Source: Eledone cirrhosa (lineage: Eukaryota). From it: a stretch of DNA of 64,000 nucleotides. This document shows positions 1-12,270 of the stretch, piece by piece (position 1 is the first letter of the stretch; each line of letters begins with the position of its first letter). The translations under genes were made by a program, and so were the position numbers. Below the pieces are notes generated by a model. It did no database searches and had not been told where the DNA came from. It was given only the letters and a program-made list of their open reading frames with translations. Location of the stretch: NCBI GenBank assembly GCA_964016885.1, contig OZ024740.1, positions 265,422,001 through 265,486,000 on the forward strand, written 5' to 3'.

Positions 1-953
1 GATCTGGGACTTGTCTATTTCTTCTCACTTTCCGTTGCTTAAACCATTTTGTTTGTTACCCTAACGTCCCCTTTATTTACGTGTCCCAACGACTTTTTTT
101 AGCCGTTGTTCGCACCAACCTGAGGCATATGGCCCTTAAAGCGATGAAATGCCTGGGACGGTTGGAGGGTCACTGATGAAGGACTCACTTTTTCATATGC
201 ACCACCATTTGCAACGCGCAGCCATTATTATCATATTTACACATAATTTTTCTTCTACTGCTACCCGTCCGTTTCGTCCTTTGTACCTTTACCCTTTCTC
301 GTTCTTTGTACATTTTACCCTTTCTAGCAGTCTCTCTCTCTGTTAGCCTCCTCCTCAACTTTCACTCACTCATTCTCTGTCACTACCTCTCCTCCTCCTC
401 TTTCCTCCTCCTCCTTCAAGTTTGACCTGTGTGAAATTCTTTTCTCGCGCGTCCTGGTCAAGCTGGTATGGAATTTTTTTTCTCTCTCTCTTTCGTCTGC
501 GACTTCACAAAACTTATGTTTACCGAATTCGTAGACCAGACCCCTTCTTCTTCTTCTTCTTCTTCTTCTTCTTCTTCTTCTTCTTCTTCTTCTTCTTCTT
601 CTTCTTCTTCTTCTTCTTTCCCCCCCATTAGACTTGTGCGAAATTCCTTCCTTTCTCACATTTCAACCAGGTTTGATGGTCTTTTGTCTCTTGTTCACGA
701 TTTCACCGAGTTTATATTCATAGAGATCTGGGACTTGTCTATTTCTTCTCACTTTCCGTTGCCTAAACCATTTTGTTTGTTACCCTAACGTCCCCTTTAT
801 TTACGTGTCCCAACGACTTTTTTTAGCCGTTGTTCACACCAACCTGAGGCATATGGCCCTTAAAGCGATGAAATGCCTGGGACGGTTGGAGGGTCACTGA
901 TGAAGGACTCACTTTTTCATATGCACCACCATTTGCAACGCGCAACCATTATT

Positions 954-958
<5 letters not shown>
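1..958. repeat. Tandem duplication, period 724 bp (1-235 recurs at 725-958), with an internal (CTT)n tract
   Basis: GATCTGGGACTTGTCT at 1 and 725; near-identical ORFs 149..346 and 873..1076 reflect the duplication. Confidence 0.9.
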
Positions 959-1008
<50 letters not shown>

Positions 1009-1221
1009 TTCGGTTTGTTGGTTCACCACTGGATAGAACTGGTCATTTCGTATGGTCAACCTCGATGGAACATTAGGGATAGCACTCAATATATATAATT
1101 AGCAGATCGAGTTGCCATCACTTTGAAGACGACTGGCCGAGGTGAAGACGGCTAGTTGGTCAGTCGTCTTCTCTCTCTCTGATTTTTCGGACCCATGGTT
1201 TTTACATATACATATTCCTTT

Positions 1222-1295
1222 GTTATATTTCAAACACCTGATGATATCACCGGATTTATATGGAACCCGGTCATTGAAATGATCATAGTATAATA
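1222..1295 (+). ncRNA. Putative type-I hammerhead ribozyme with weak stem I
   Basis: CTGATGA 1238-1244; stem II ACCGG/CCGGT; GAAA 1276-1279; palindromic stem III ATGATCAT followed by A (AUA site). Confidence 0.55.
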
Positions 1296-1330
1296 AACCT
1301 TTCAAGGATATACACTAGTCCAGCCTCCTG

Positions 1331-1382
<52 letters not shown>

Positions 1383-1806
1383 TAAAAGCATTCACATGCG
1401 GCGAGAAGATAGATGTCTCAATAAATTATATCGACAATTTTATATAAATATATATTTGTTTTTGTGTGCAACCTTTCCTTAACTGCCCAATACTGTCTGA
1501 AGAAGCTGTGCAAGCCTATATTGCGATTACGTAAGCGCATGCAGAAACCACTGAAATACGCAAAATGCGATAAATTGAATTATGCAATAACCCAATCCTG
1601 TCATACTGTTTATTTGTATACGAATATTCCGTTTCGTATTATTCTACGTGATCCTATATCACAGTTGAGTGCATACAATCGACGTGTAGTGCTTACACAT
1701 GTTTACACCGTACTTTACGGATTGAGATGACGCAAACACTACATTAGCAATGAAATACAGGCATATATAAAAACAACTATATTTATGTATGATGCATGTG
1801 TTTGTG

Positions 1807-1885
<79 letters not shown>

Positions 1886-2317
1886 AGAGAGAGGCGGAGA
1901 GAGAGATAGAGAGACAGACAGACAGGCAGAGAGAGAAAGAGAGTCAGAAAGAGAGGGAAAGAGGAGATTGAGAAAGGAGTGAGAGCAGAGAGAAAGGGGA
2001 GAGAGAGAAGAAAGAGAGAATGGGAGAGTGTATGAGAGACACCCTTTTAGTGTTCTTAAGTGGAAAAAATGTTGATCAATTTAAACTTACTTCACTAACT
2101 AACAAGTTAATCGGTTATATTATCACTGATGAAATATGTTAGGAAAAGGAAACAATTGAATTAGTTAATTTATTCTCTGTTCCTTGTTAAAATACAAAGG
2201 TCAACATTCTAAGTTTTCACTACTCTGTCTCAACAACACAATCTCATTTCTGTATCTTTGTTCATAAAGTTTAGCAAAAAATACATTATTACCATGACGT
2301 CAGCATACTCCTATATA

Positions 2318-2400
<83 letters not shown>

Positions 2401-2404
2401 TTTC

Positions 2405-2530
2405 TGAATTTGTTTAGCAAGATTCTTTATCTGAAAACGTGTGTTGAAACCGATATTGTTATACTTTTGGAGGGTCATGTTGCCAATAAGAAACACACGC
2501 ACCAGTTGCTTTCACTTCAATTTATTATAA
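2405..2530 (+). repeat. pLTR-like fragment with a decayed hammerhead, related to 37660-37720 and 48200-48310 (both minus)
   Basis: TAT-CTGAAAA...GAAACCGATATTGTT-ATACTTTTGGAGGGTCAT matches the reverse complement of 48244-48310. Confidence 0.5.
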
Positions 2531-2606
2531 ATTAAATTTATAAATTTAGGAATTTATAAATGTCCGGTTGGTTGGTTGGTTGGTTCCACAACCAGACGAT
2601 TGTTCA

Positions 2607-2664
2607 TATATTATCAAAGTTCTTTCGTCACATATTATGTGACCTCTTCAGTGACTGAGAATAC
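2607..2664 (-). ncRNA. Type-I hammerhead ribozyme in an inverted pLTR upstream of a PLE fragment
   Basis: Minus strand reads TCA-CTGAAGA-G-GTCACAT aat ATGTGAC-GAAA-GAACTT-TGA; perfect 7-bp stem II. Confidence 0.7.
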
Positions 2665-2764
2665 TTTTCTTTATTTTTGTGCCTCTCCTTTGTTCTGTCC
2701 TACGCCATTTTGTTTGTGTGTGTGTTGTGACACACAATAAAAAAGGCATAAATAATAAAAAATA

Positions 2765-4065
2765 CTTTTAAATGGACTCGACACAAAGATTCAATTTACG
2801 ATGGAATACAGCCACCGACAACTACTTCTCCTCGACATGCTTATTATGAAAAGTAACAACAAAATAGAAACAGACATATACTATAAGCAACATCTTCCAT
2901 TCAACTCATGCCACCCGAGACACCAAAATGAATGTCCCTTACAACTTAGCCAAACGGATTTATACAATAATATCTGATAGAAACACCTGTTACATACAAC
3001 TAAAAAACTAAAGGACACACTAATCAACAGGAATTAACCACCACCCCTAATTAACAATGGATTCCAACGTGCCCTAAACCTCAGTATCCAGGAGTTTAGA
3101 AACCCTAAAGAATGAATTGAAACTGAAAGCCCTACCATACGTCTGCACACACAACCTCACTATCCAATGAAGCCTTCAACACCATCCTCCAGGACATGCT
3201 TTTACTAAAAAGAAATGATAGAAGTAACAAAACATTATAAAGCGTAAAAGACAACCCATTTCAATGAAAAATATCCTAACACAGGCCAAAGTCCAGTCGA
3301 TCATAACAACGAAACCAACAGTAAAAAAAATGCAGAAGACCCTACTGTTGTATATGCGCCAACCTAAAAGAGGTATCGGGAATCCTGCTTTAAAAAGGTG
3401 AAAAACAATTTCCCATACGCACCAGAAAGCCTGATAAATGTATTAACTTGCTCAGGCTGTCGAGAGCACTACATAGGACAAACTAAAAGCAGTCTGAGTC
3501 AGCGTATGACCGTTCATAGATCCCAAATTAAAATACGGGAACACAGAAAAGTAGCACTGAGTGAATGCATTGACACATACGCCTCTAATGAACTACCCAA
3601 CTTCAGAATGTTTCCCCACTATATATTTAAATACAATGCTACCCACATTCAACGCATTAGAATCATACTTTATCGCAAATTACAAACCCCGTTCAAATGC
3701 ATCCACCACAGGCGAAATTGCAACAAGCACCCAACAATAACACCAATGGACAAATTAAGAACGACAGTATTCCATACAGAAATACTAAAAAAGATATATT
3801 TAGTGAGAAACAATCACTACTACAAGTCATTTTTTAGGTAATTCTACCATTAAGCAGCATTACTACCACCACGCCACAAAGGTGAGCGGGTGAGAGAGAG
3901 AGAGAGAGGGGGGGGGAGAAAGGGATAAACGAAAATGGGAACTCTTTTATATGTATGTAAACAATGTTCTCTAATAGACTCTTAACTTTATTATAGATTT
4001 TTTATCATATTTCCTGTAGCATGAAGAAGCCTAAAGAATTATTGCCTAAAACCGGTACGATGATT
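2765..4065 (+). mobile_element. Degenerate 5'-truncated Penelope-like element (RT thumb plus GIY-YIG with Cys linker, Neptune-like)
   Basis: Frameshifted motifs IQFTME, FLDMLI..IETDIYYK, FNSCHP; ORF 3398..3841 has CSGCREHYIGQT..QRMTVHR; decayed HHR ATGAAGA...AAACCGGTA at about 4020-4060. Confidence 0.8.
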
Positions 4066-4724
4066 GCTTTTTTTTTAAAAATGATTTGCTGTTATTCTAT
4101 GAGAAAAAATGCCATTAGCATTTTCTACTGTTTTTTTTTGTATTTTCCTAATATATATCAACTCGTGTGTCATTTCACAAAATTTTAAATATATATATTT
4201 ACTATAATTAGTTTAAATCTATAGTTATCTAATTTATATTGATTAAGTTACTCAACAAAAAGCTCAATAAACATTAAGCGCAGAGCTACTTTGTACAAAT
4301 TTAGATGATATAGAAAAAACTCTTGCATATATCTATTTAAGAAACAACTTGTATCAAGTACATACATATAATGATAAATAAATGTACTCGCTCATAGAAA
4401 GAATCAAGCCCATATAATCTAAACCTCACTTATACGGCCGTTTAATGTTAAATTCCAGAATGATATCTATAATCGATCTAATGATTGGTTTCAATCACCA
4501 ATCATAGATCTTAGGAATAAGCATCATCAAGACCAGGGAATATCATTCATCAGTAAGTGCTTAAAATTTTACTATATATATCTCACTAAGTACAAGTTAA
4601 TCTACTACCTAAGGAAAATTATCGAATAAAATCAATGTTTCCCAGAAGTCAGGTATTACATGACTTTTCAATGTATATATACATATAGGAAATTATATAA
4701 TTTCAGACGTTCAATCATCTTGTA

Positions 4725-4780
4725 GGAAGGTATACGTTGCTGACGATAGCTAATAAGCTTGAAACTAGTACACCGTTCCT
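4725..4780 (+). ncRNA. Minimal type-I hammerhead, copy 1
   Basis: CTGACGA 4740-4746; stem II AGCT-aata-AGCT; GAAA 4761-4764; palindromic ACTAGT; GUA 4768-4770; distal GGAA/TTCC pairing. Confidence 0.75.
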
Positions 4781-5154
4781 TTGTCAGTGTTGAACAAATG
4801 AGCAACGATTGTTGCTAGACACTGTACGGCTTAATTCGGGATGTTTGTTTACAAACACACCGAGCATTATAATAAATGTTCAGTGAATCCATACGTATAT
4901 ATATATATATATGTGTGCATGTATATATATATATATACATACTACTGTACGTCTGTATACATATATGTATGTACGTATACATACTTATATTTAAGTAACA
5001 GCCGTACTAAGAGTGAGAAACGAAATTTCGTTTCATTTTTTCCGTTTATCGTTTTCGGTGCGCCCGGCCGATTAACTCATTCGATATGCAAATTAGGCTG
5101 CTCAGCCGTTAATATGCATAAGGAGAGTATAAACTTTCAGACGTTCAATCATCT

Positions 5155-5220
5155 GGCAGGAAGGTATACGTTGCTGACGATAGCTAATAAGCTTGAAACT
5201 AGTACAGCATTCCTTTGTCA
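5155..5220 (+). ncRNA. Minimal type-I hammerhead, copy 2
   Basis: Stem I GTTG/CAGC plus GGAA/TTCC; CTGACGA 5174-5180; GAAA 5195-5198; ACTAGT; GUA 5202-5204. Confidence 0.8.
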
Positions 5221-5415
5221 GTGTTGAAGAAATGAGCAACGATGGTTGCTAGACACTGTACGGCTTAATTCGGGATGTTTGTTTACAAACACACCGAGCA
5301 TTATAATAAATGTTCGGTGAATCCATACGTACATATATATATGTGTGCATGTATGTATATATATATGTACATACTACTCTACGTCTATATACATATATGT
5401 ATGTACGTATACATA

Positions 5416-5445
<30 letters not shown>

Positions 5446-5450
<5 letters not shown>

Positions 5451-5748
5451 ATGAAATCGAAAATGCAACTGGAGTCTTATTTAAAAAAATATATATATAT
5501 CTTCTGAAACTAACAAAGTCAATCTGACTTTGTTAGTTTCAGAAGATCCCGTTAAGGGTGAAGGCAGCGATTCTTTGCTTAAACTTTAATCTGTTATTTT
5601 AATAAATATATGTGAGAAAAACCACAGACCCTCCATCTCTACTCTACTTCTGAAAAGCAGAAGAACTGCGAAACCGGTAAAGGAACCAAATAAATATATA
5701 TATTTTTTTTAAAATAAGACTCCAGTTGCATTTTCCATTTCATCTTTT
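5446..5748. mobile_element. Fold-back cassette: about 50-bp inverted repeats around a hairpin and a decayed HHR (5647-5682, plus strand)
   Basis: AAAATGCAACTGGAGTCTTATTT / AAATAAGACTCCAGTTGCATTTT; hairpin 5499-5547; CTT-CTGAAAA-GCAG..CTGC-GAAACCGGTA-AAG with G8 changed to A. Confidence 0.65.
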
Positions 5749-6156
5749 TTTGTTTATACTTTCACTCGTGTAGGACACCTCGGTTATTTTTCATTTTGTA
5801 AAAAACCTCACTTTCTAATATATATATATATATATATATACACACAGTTCAAGAGTAACCAATCTTAAAGAGAGAGATGGAGATAGCAGAGGAGATAGGA
5901 GAGGAGAAGAGAGATAGCTGAATTTGTTAGAAGCCTAGCGTAAAGGCATGTGCTGAATGTGCAATATGAAGTGGAAGGCAGCTAGGTGGCTGGGTTCATG
6001 CAGAGGTTATGTGCACAGAGCTGGAAATATTCATTAGTTAAGCAAAACAAGACCACAAATTTCATAAGGAAGATATTATTAAAAGATTGTCAAGATAGTT
6101 TTAGTTTGATGTAAGGAATGTTGAGAATAATAATAATAATATTAATAATAATAATG

Positions 6157-6277
6157 TCCGTTTACAATTGTTTCACTACTCCATATAATGTTTCTGGATC
6201 AAATGATTATAGATCATTATTGATCTGGTTCAGTTGAAAATAATTAACTTAGGTACAATTAGACCAGCTCATCGGAA
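6157..6277 (-). ncRNA. Hammerhead with long stem II (inverted pLTR copy)
   Basis: Minus strand CCGATGA-GCT...AGT-GAAACAATTGTA; mirror of 9395-9524. Confidence 0.5.
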
Positions 6278-6976
6278 TATAAATTAAAATAAGGAAAGAA
6301 TGTTACATGAATGTAATGTTCCATATATTGGTATTTCACTATGGTGTCCTGGGTATATCTATTGTCTGGCATAGTCGAGCAGTATTCTTCTGTCGATGCT
6401 GCATTGTGTGAGATCTGCCTATGGGTAACACGATGGCCGTCAATGGACATATTGACCTTACTAATTACAGGGTGGTTTCAGGGGAAGTAACTGCTCGAGG
6501 AATTAGAAATTGTGGGTAGTTTATAGTTAAGAAGTGCTAATTTTTTAATTTTTTAATTGAGAGACAATGTAAGGGAGATACTTATAATTATCTAAGTTAG
6601 CTATAACTATTTAACGTATTAACTATAAGTAAAAATGGGGCTAGATGACTCTGTTGGGTCAAATATTCTGTTGGCGAAGGAATTAGCCCTTCGATGTTGA
6701 CATCTAATAGTTACCTCCGTTCTATCATTAATCGGTAGAGGTCGTGATAGAGTTATGTAATATGCTTCGGTAAGACAGAGGTCACAAGAGTTTCTTCATC
6801 CATTGAACGGTTGGTCCCTATCCAAGATATCCCATGTTAGTGAGTGTTCAAATGTTGGTTAATTTAAGGTTTTTAATGAGCCTAGCTAGAGATGTCGAAC
6901 ATCTGCTGTTAGGGTCTCGGAAGGAAAAAGAGTGCGCGTTATAGCGTACCTTAAAAGGGTTAGAGGTAGAGCCGAT

Positions 6977-9050
6977 ATAAAAAAAACTATACCCTCCAGT
7001 GTAAACTTACTTAACCGAAAAGCCCAGTCTTTGGTTAAGGGCTTGCATCTGGATAGATTTACCCACCCTTATGTACTTACAACCCCAAGGTTTTCTCTCA
7101 AGGATCACAAGCCAAACTTTATAGAGAAGCCATCTATTAGACTTATAAGCCCAACCACATACGACTTGGGTCGTATGAGTAAGTACATCCTTGATAGGAT
7201 CATCCCTGGGCTACGAGATGATATCACCTACAAGCTGTGGTCCAATACCGGCCAAGTCATTAGATGGTTCTCCGATCTAAGCTCCAAGGAATCTATGAGG
7301 TTCATCCAATTTGACATTGACAGCTATTACGCTTCAATTACCCAGGCACTGCTCAACAAAGCATTAACCCTATCCAGCACCAACTCTGACATAACCAATA
7401 ATGAGATTGACAACATACTGATGGCTAGGCAGACCATCATTGAATTCAACGGAGCACTCTGGACTAGAAGAGACAGAACAGACAACTTTGAAATCACTAT
7501 TGGCTCAAGTGACTCTGCGCAAATCACCGATTTAGTTGTAATTTACCTATAACATAACATCAGAGCTGAAATCCAACCCTTGCAAGGCGGAATATATAGG
7601 GACGACGCCCTATTTGCAGTCCAAAATTGCACTAATCGAGGCATTGACTTGCTCAAAAAACAATTACATAGATTCTTTAAAATTAACGGTCTCTCTATCA
7701 CCATCGAGCCGAACCATAAAGTAGTAAACTTCCTAGACGTTACCCTAGATCTTAACAATAACCTATATTACCCTTATCATAAACCAGGTGAAATACTTAG
7801 ATATATTAGCCCACACTCTAACCACCCAACGGCAGTCATCAGAGCAGTAATTAAATCTATCTCGTATTTGATCTCAATGCTATCAGCAAATGAGGAGATA
7901 TTTATAAACCATACGACATATTATAATAAGGCTCTTTCTGAATCTGGTTATGAACAGTCCATTTACTACATACCTAAATGCCATAACACAGCACTTCACC
8001 ACAACCATAATAAACTTAACACTAGAACTAGAAATACCTTAGCATATAGCCAGATTTGCCGGAATTTTAGCAGTAACAGCACCTATATAGGGAACCTTAA
8101 TGGTGGCAGTGGCCTACTTCCCACTCCAAGTAGCAAACTAAAAATCAACCCTAGAATAGGAATGAGCAATGGGATGACAAATAACAAATGCCCAGGTAAG
8201 AATACCCCTATGAAAGCCCCTACCAACTCCACTAGAACCCCTAGAAGGAATAGGCCTAGAAATATCACCTGGCTCAACTCCCCCCCCCCATACTCATCTA
8301 ATCTAGCCAGTAATATCCCTAAACGCTTCTCTATCCTATCTAAACATCCCCCCAACCGTAGATATTATAAACTCTTTAATAAAACATATCATTAAAATCT
8401 CATTCTCCACAACAGCTAACCTAGCTAGCCACATCGCATTGAGTAACCATCACAAACTAAGACAGTATAACTCCCACACCGCGGTACCCCCACCCCCATC
8501 AAATACACCACGCCACTACACCAGTACTTACTCTAGTAGCACACCTCCCCCAACTAATACTTCTAGCACGGACCAACCGCATAGTTTAAACAACCCTACT
8601 CTCACTAACCGTAGCAGTAACTGCAACTGCCGTTACCCTAATGCATGCCCACTAAATGGACATTGCCTGACACCCAATATAGTTTATAGGTGCACAGATA
8701 AAACTGCTTCGCATACCAGCTGCTATATCGACTCTACCTGTAACACTTTTAAGGTAAGCTATAATGCGCACTCTTTTTCCTTCCGAGACCCTAGCAACAG
8801 ATGTTCGACATCGCTAGCTAGGCTCATTAAAAACCTTAAATTAACCAACATTGAACACTCACTAACATGGGATATCTTGGCTAGGGCCAACAGTTCAATG
8901 GACGAAGAACCTCTTGTGACCTCTCTCTTACCAATGCATATTATATAATTCTATCACGACTTCTACTGATTAACGATAGAACGGAGGTAACTATTAGCTG
9001 TCAACATCGAAGGGTTAATTCCTTCGCCAACAGAATATTTGACCCAACAT
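6977..9050 (+). pseudogene. PLE RT plus GIY-YIG polyprotein, disrupted
   Basis: ORFs 6932..7552 (LKDHK, FIQFDIDSYY), 7580..8395 ([21 protein letters not shown]) and 8439..8948 (CNCRYPNACPL, IVYRC..YIDST). Confidence 0.9.
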
Positions 9051-9394
9051 AGTCATCTAGCCCCATTTTTACTAATAACTAACTTAGATAATGATAAGTT
9101 ACCTCCCTTAAATTGTCTCTCAATTAAAAAATTAAAAAATTAGCACTTTTTAACTATAAACTACCCACAATTTCTAATTTCTCGAGCAGTTACTTCCCCT
9201 GAAACCATTAGTAAGGTAAATATGTCAATTGGCGGCCATCTTGTTACCCATAGGCAGATCTCATACAATGCCATCTCGACAAAAGAATACTGCTCGACTA
9301 TGGCAGACATAGATATACCCAGGACACCATAGTGAAATACCAATATATGAAACATTACATTCATGTAACATTCTTTCCTTATTTTAATTTATAT

Positions 9395-9524
9395 TCCTTT
9401 TGAACTTCCGATGAGCTGCTCTAATTGTACCTAAGTTAATTATTTTCAATTGAACCTGATCAATAATTGTTTCTACTATTGATCCAGAAACATTATATGG
9501 AGTAGCGAAACAATTGTAAACGGA
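9395..9524 (+). ncRNA. Hammerhead with about 90-nt stem II domain and CCGAUGA core variant
   Basis: CCGATGA 9408-9414; GCTGCTC/GAGTAGC base of stem II; GAAA 9507-9510; palindromic ACAATTGT; GUA 9516-9518. Confidence 0.6.
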
Positions 9525-9647
9525 CATTATTATTATTAATATTATTATTATTATTCTCTACATTCCTTACATAAAACTAAAACTATCTTGACAATCTTTT
9601 AATAATGTCTTCCTTATGAAATTTGTGGTCTTGTTTTGCTAAACTAA

Positions 9648-9704
<57 letters not shown>

Positions 9705-9711
<7 letters not shown>

Positions 9712-10163
9712 ACTAGACCTGAAAAATGCGCAAGCTCAAAAGAGCCACAGAATGATATAATAAACCTTCAAAAGTGTGGGACTAGAGTTGTTGCTCAAAA
9801 ATATTGTAATCATTATCTATCGTACACTGTGTGGCATCCTTTTATAAGAAAGAGTCTCATAACGAACTCAAGACGACACGATAATCAATTAAGCTAATGT
9901 TCAATATCTCATATTAGATGTTTAGTAATGATTAATAGGAAATGCACTAAACCGAATTCTATATTATAAATTCACTTCAATAATTATCGTGTCATCTTGA
10001 GTTCGTTATTAGTCTCTTTTTTATAAAATGATGCCACAGAGTGTACGATAGATAATGATTACAATATTTTTGAGCACCAATTCTAGTCCCACACTTTTGA
10101 AGGTTTATCATAACATTCTGTGGTTCTTTTGAGCTTGCGCATTTTTCAGGTCTAGTTTAATAT
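9705..10163. repeat. Inverted repeat, arms of about 180 bp and spacer of about 100 bp, next to (TA)n
   Basis: AACTAGACCTGAAAAATGCGCAAGCTCAAAAG... mirrored by ...CTTTTGAGCTTGCGCATTTTTCAGGTCTAGTT. Confidence 0.85.
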
Positions 10164-10909
10164 TTTTTAAGGCAACGCTTGTAATAATTCTAATTAAACA
10201 TGATATATATTAATAATAAATTATAGTTGTAATGTAATTAGATTATATAATTGTTATTTTATAAATTATCTTATAAATATTATTGTAAGATGTACAAAAA
10301 TATTTTCAGATTTTAATATAAACTACAAAAAACAATCAAAATTAAATAAATATATTTTACATAATAATTGTTAGAGTTGAATTAATAAATATTAAATATT
10401 ACATACAAATAGTCTAACATAACAATAAAAGAATAATCTAACATAATAATAAGAACATAATCTAACATAAACGAACAATAATATGGACAAATATACAAGT
10501 AAATATGATACAACCAATATTATAAGCATGTTATAACGAACTGAAAAAAAATAGTTAACATAAATTTTAAAAATTCATATATAAATTAACAATATAACTT
10601 ACCATAACGAGAAAAATATTTTGATGAATAAACGACGAAATACAGGAGGAAGATTCGAAAGCGGGACGATAAATAAACGTGCAAACAAAAGGCGGATGCT
10701 TTTGAGCAACAATTACTCTCGTTGGTTGATTAGCCAATAAGACGCTGACATTAGCCAATAAGACGATACATTACAAAACATGTTTGGCACGCGATCACCA
10801 CGGCCAGCGACACCCCTTGATTTTTTTATTCACAAGCTACGCACATATGTCAAACACGCAGACTTAAAACATTCTGTTGATAGTCACTGCGTGTCTAACA
10901 GATATAGAA

Positions 10910-10961
10910 AAGCTTCTACAGGACTAGAACTGTTTCATTCGTGAGAAATCATCAGGAGCTT
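10910..10961 (-). ncRNA. Type-I hammerhead of the same family as 14765, 14809 and 33572
   Basis: Minus strand AAGCTC-CTGATGA-TTTCtcacGAAT-GAAACAG ttctagtc CTGTA-GAAGCTT. Confidence 0.75.
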
Positions 10962-11276
10962 CCTCATAATTTCTCACGTAACAAGTGCCGTAACTCTATG
11001 CCTCAAAGCATGGCATCCGATACTCTACCGATACTGCCAAATATAATAAAAGTAAGAAAGATCGGTGGTATAATTTCAGCGTCCTCCGTCCAGCGTATAA
11101 CGCACTCAATGAAACTGGCGAATTGCAGTAATCCAGCCGCAATCAGCTGTTCAGAGTGCACATATTTAGTTTATAGCAGATGCGTTGGCTGTTATTTGGT
11201 AGAGATGCAATTAAATATCTCATCTCCTGGATGACGTCGTTTCTTTCTAATATAATTTCACAAATGCAGATATTAC

Positions 11277-11310
<34 letters not shown>

Positions 11311-11314
<4 letters not shown>

Positions 11315-11563
11315 AAAAAATACTAATTTAAAACAATATGGTTTGCCTGACTCGATTTAAAGTAATAAATCAATAAAAATATCAAACCTATATCGGGCAA
11401 TAGCCTTTTATACCCGGACAGACCTAAATCTGTTTCGCAAGAATTATTAAGTAAAAGCCAGAATTCCTGTGCTCTTCTGCGATATAGGTTTGTTATGTTC
11501 ATTGATTTATTACTTTAAATCGAGTCAGGCAAACCATATTGTTTTAAACTAGTATTTTTTCAA
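11311..11563. mobile_element. Fold-back cassette: 85-bp inverted arms around a minus-strand HHR (11408-11487)
   Basis: Arms 11311-11395 and 11480-11563; minus strand TATATCG-CAGAAGA-GC..GGAATT/AATTCTTGC-GAAACAGA tttagg TCTGTC-CGGGTATA with U4 changed to A. Confidence 0.75.
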
Positions 11564-11723
11564 CCTAGCTAACTTGGTCATTTGCAATTGGAACACATAT
11601 ATACTTATATCTGTGTTCGTCTCTCCCATATATCCAATTATATTACACGGCTCGGAAAGATTCCCTTCTTTGTGGTATTTAATTGTATTATAAAAGACTA
11701 TTTTGAGCTTCTAACTCAATCTA

Positions 11724-11826
<103 letters not shown>

Positions 11827-12270
11827 AAAGGCTCCGTCGAACTACAGAGCTAGAATTATATACTGTAGTATGTGGAAGTGCAACCGCACAATCTAAGCCA
11901 CATGCGGGATTAGAAACCAATGGTATCATTGGAAATGTGTTCAGGATACTATATGTATGTGTAAATGTATGTGTATGTGTCTGTATGTATGTATATGTGT
12001 GAGAATGTGTGTATGGTGCACGCGTGTGTGTGTGTGGGTGTGTTGTTTAAGATCAATCCAGCAAATTTAGCAAGGAAAGGAACACAAATCTATTCTAACT
12101 TTTCATAAAATATTAATTTATTTCCTGATCAAACCTACAATCCAATGTTATTCACACCGTGAACATCCCCCCATGAATCATAAGAGATTAGAAAGAAATT
12201 TAGCCATGATTTCTAGCTTGTCGTGACAAAGTAGCAATCTTGACAAACAGGTTAGGTCCGTCATCTTGAA

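Larger units (their letters stand above)
4701..5420 (+). mobile_element. 434-bp tandem repeat with one hammerhead per unit (non-LTR retrozyme or solo-pLTR dimer)
   Basis: TTTCAGACGTTCAATCATCT at 4701 and 5135; no coding capacity; an HHR in each copy. Confidence 0.75.
6028..9655 (+). mobile_element. Penelope-like element (Hydra-clade-like) with an inverted copy of its 3' end placed at its 5' side
   Basis: 6028-6979 is the reverse complement of about 8724-9655; the coding part lies between; the 3' end runs into (TA)n. Confidence 0.9.

Noticed and set aside
173-200. CTGATGA at 173 and 897 as a hammerhead core
   Set aside because: No stem II followed by GAAA downstream.
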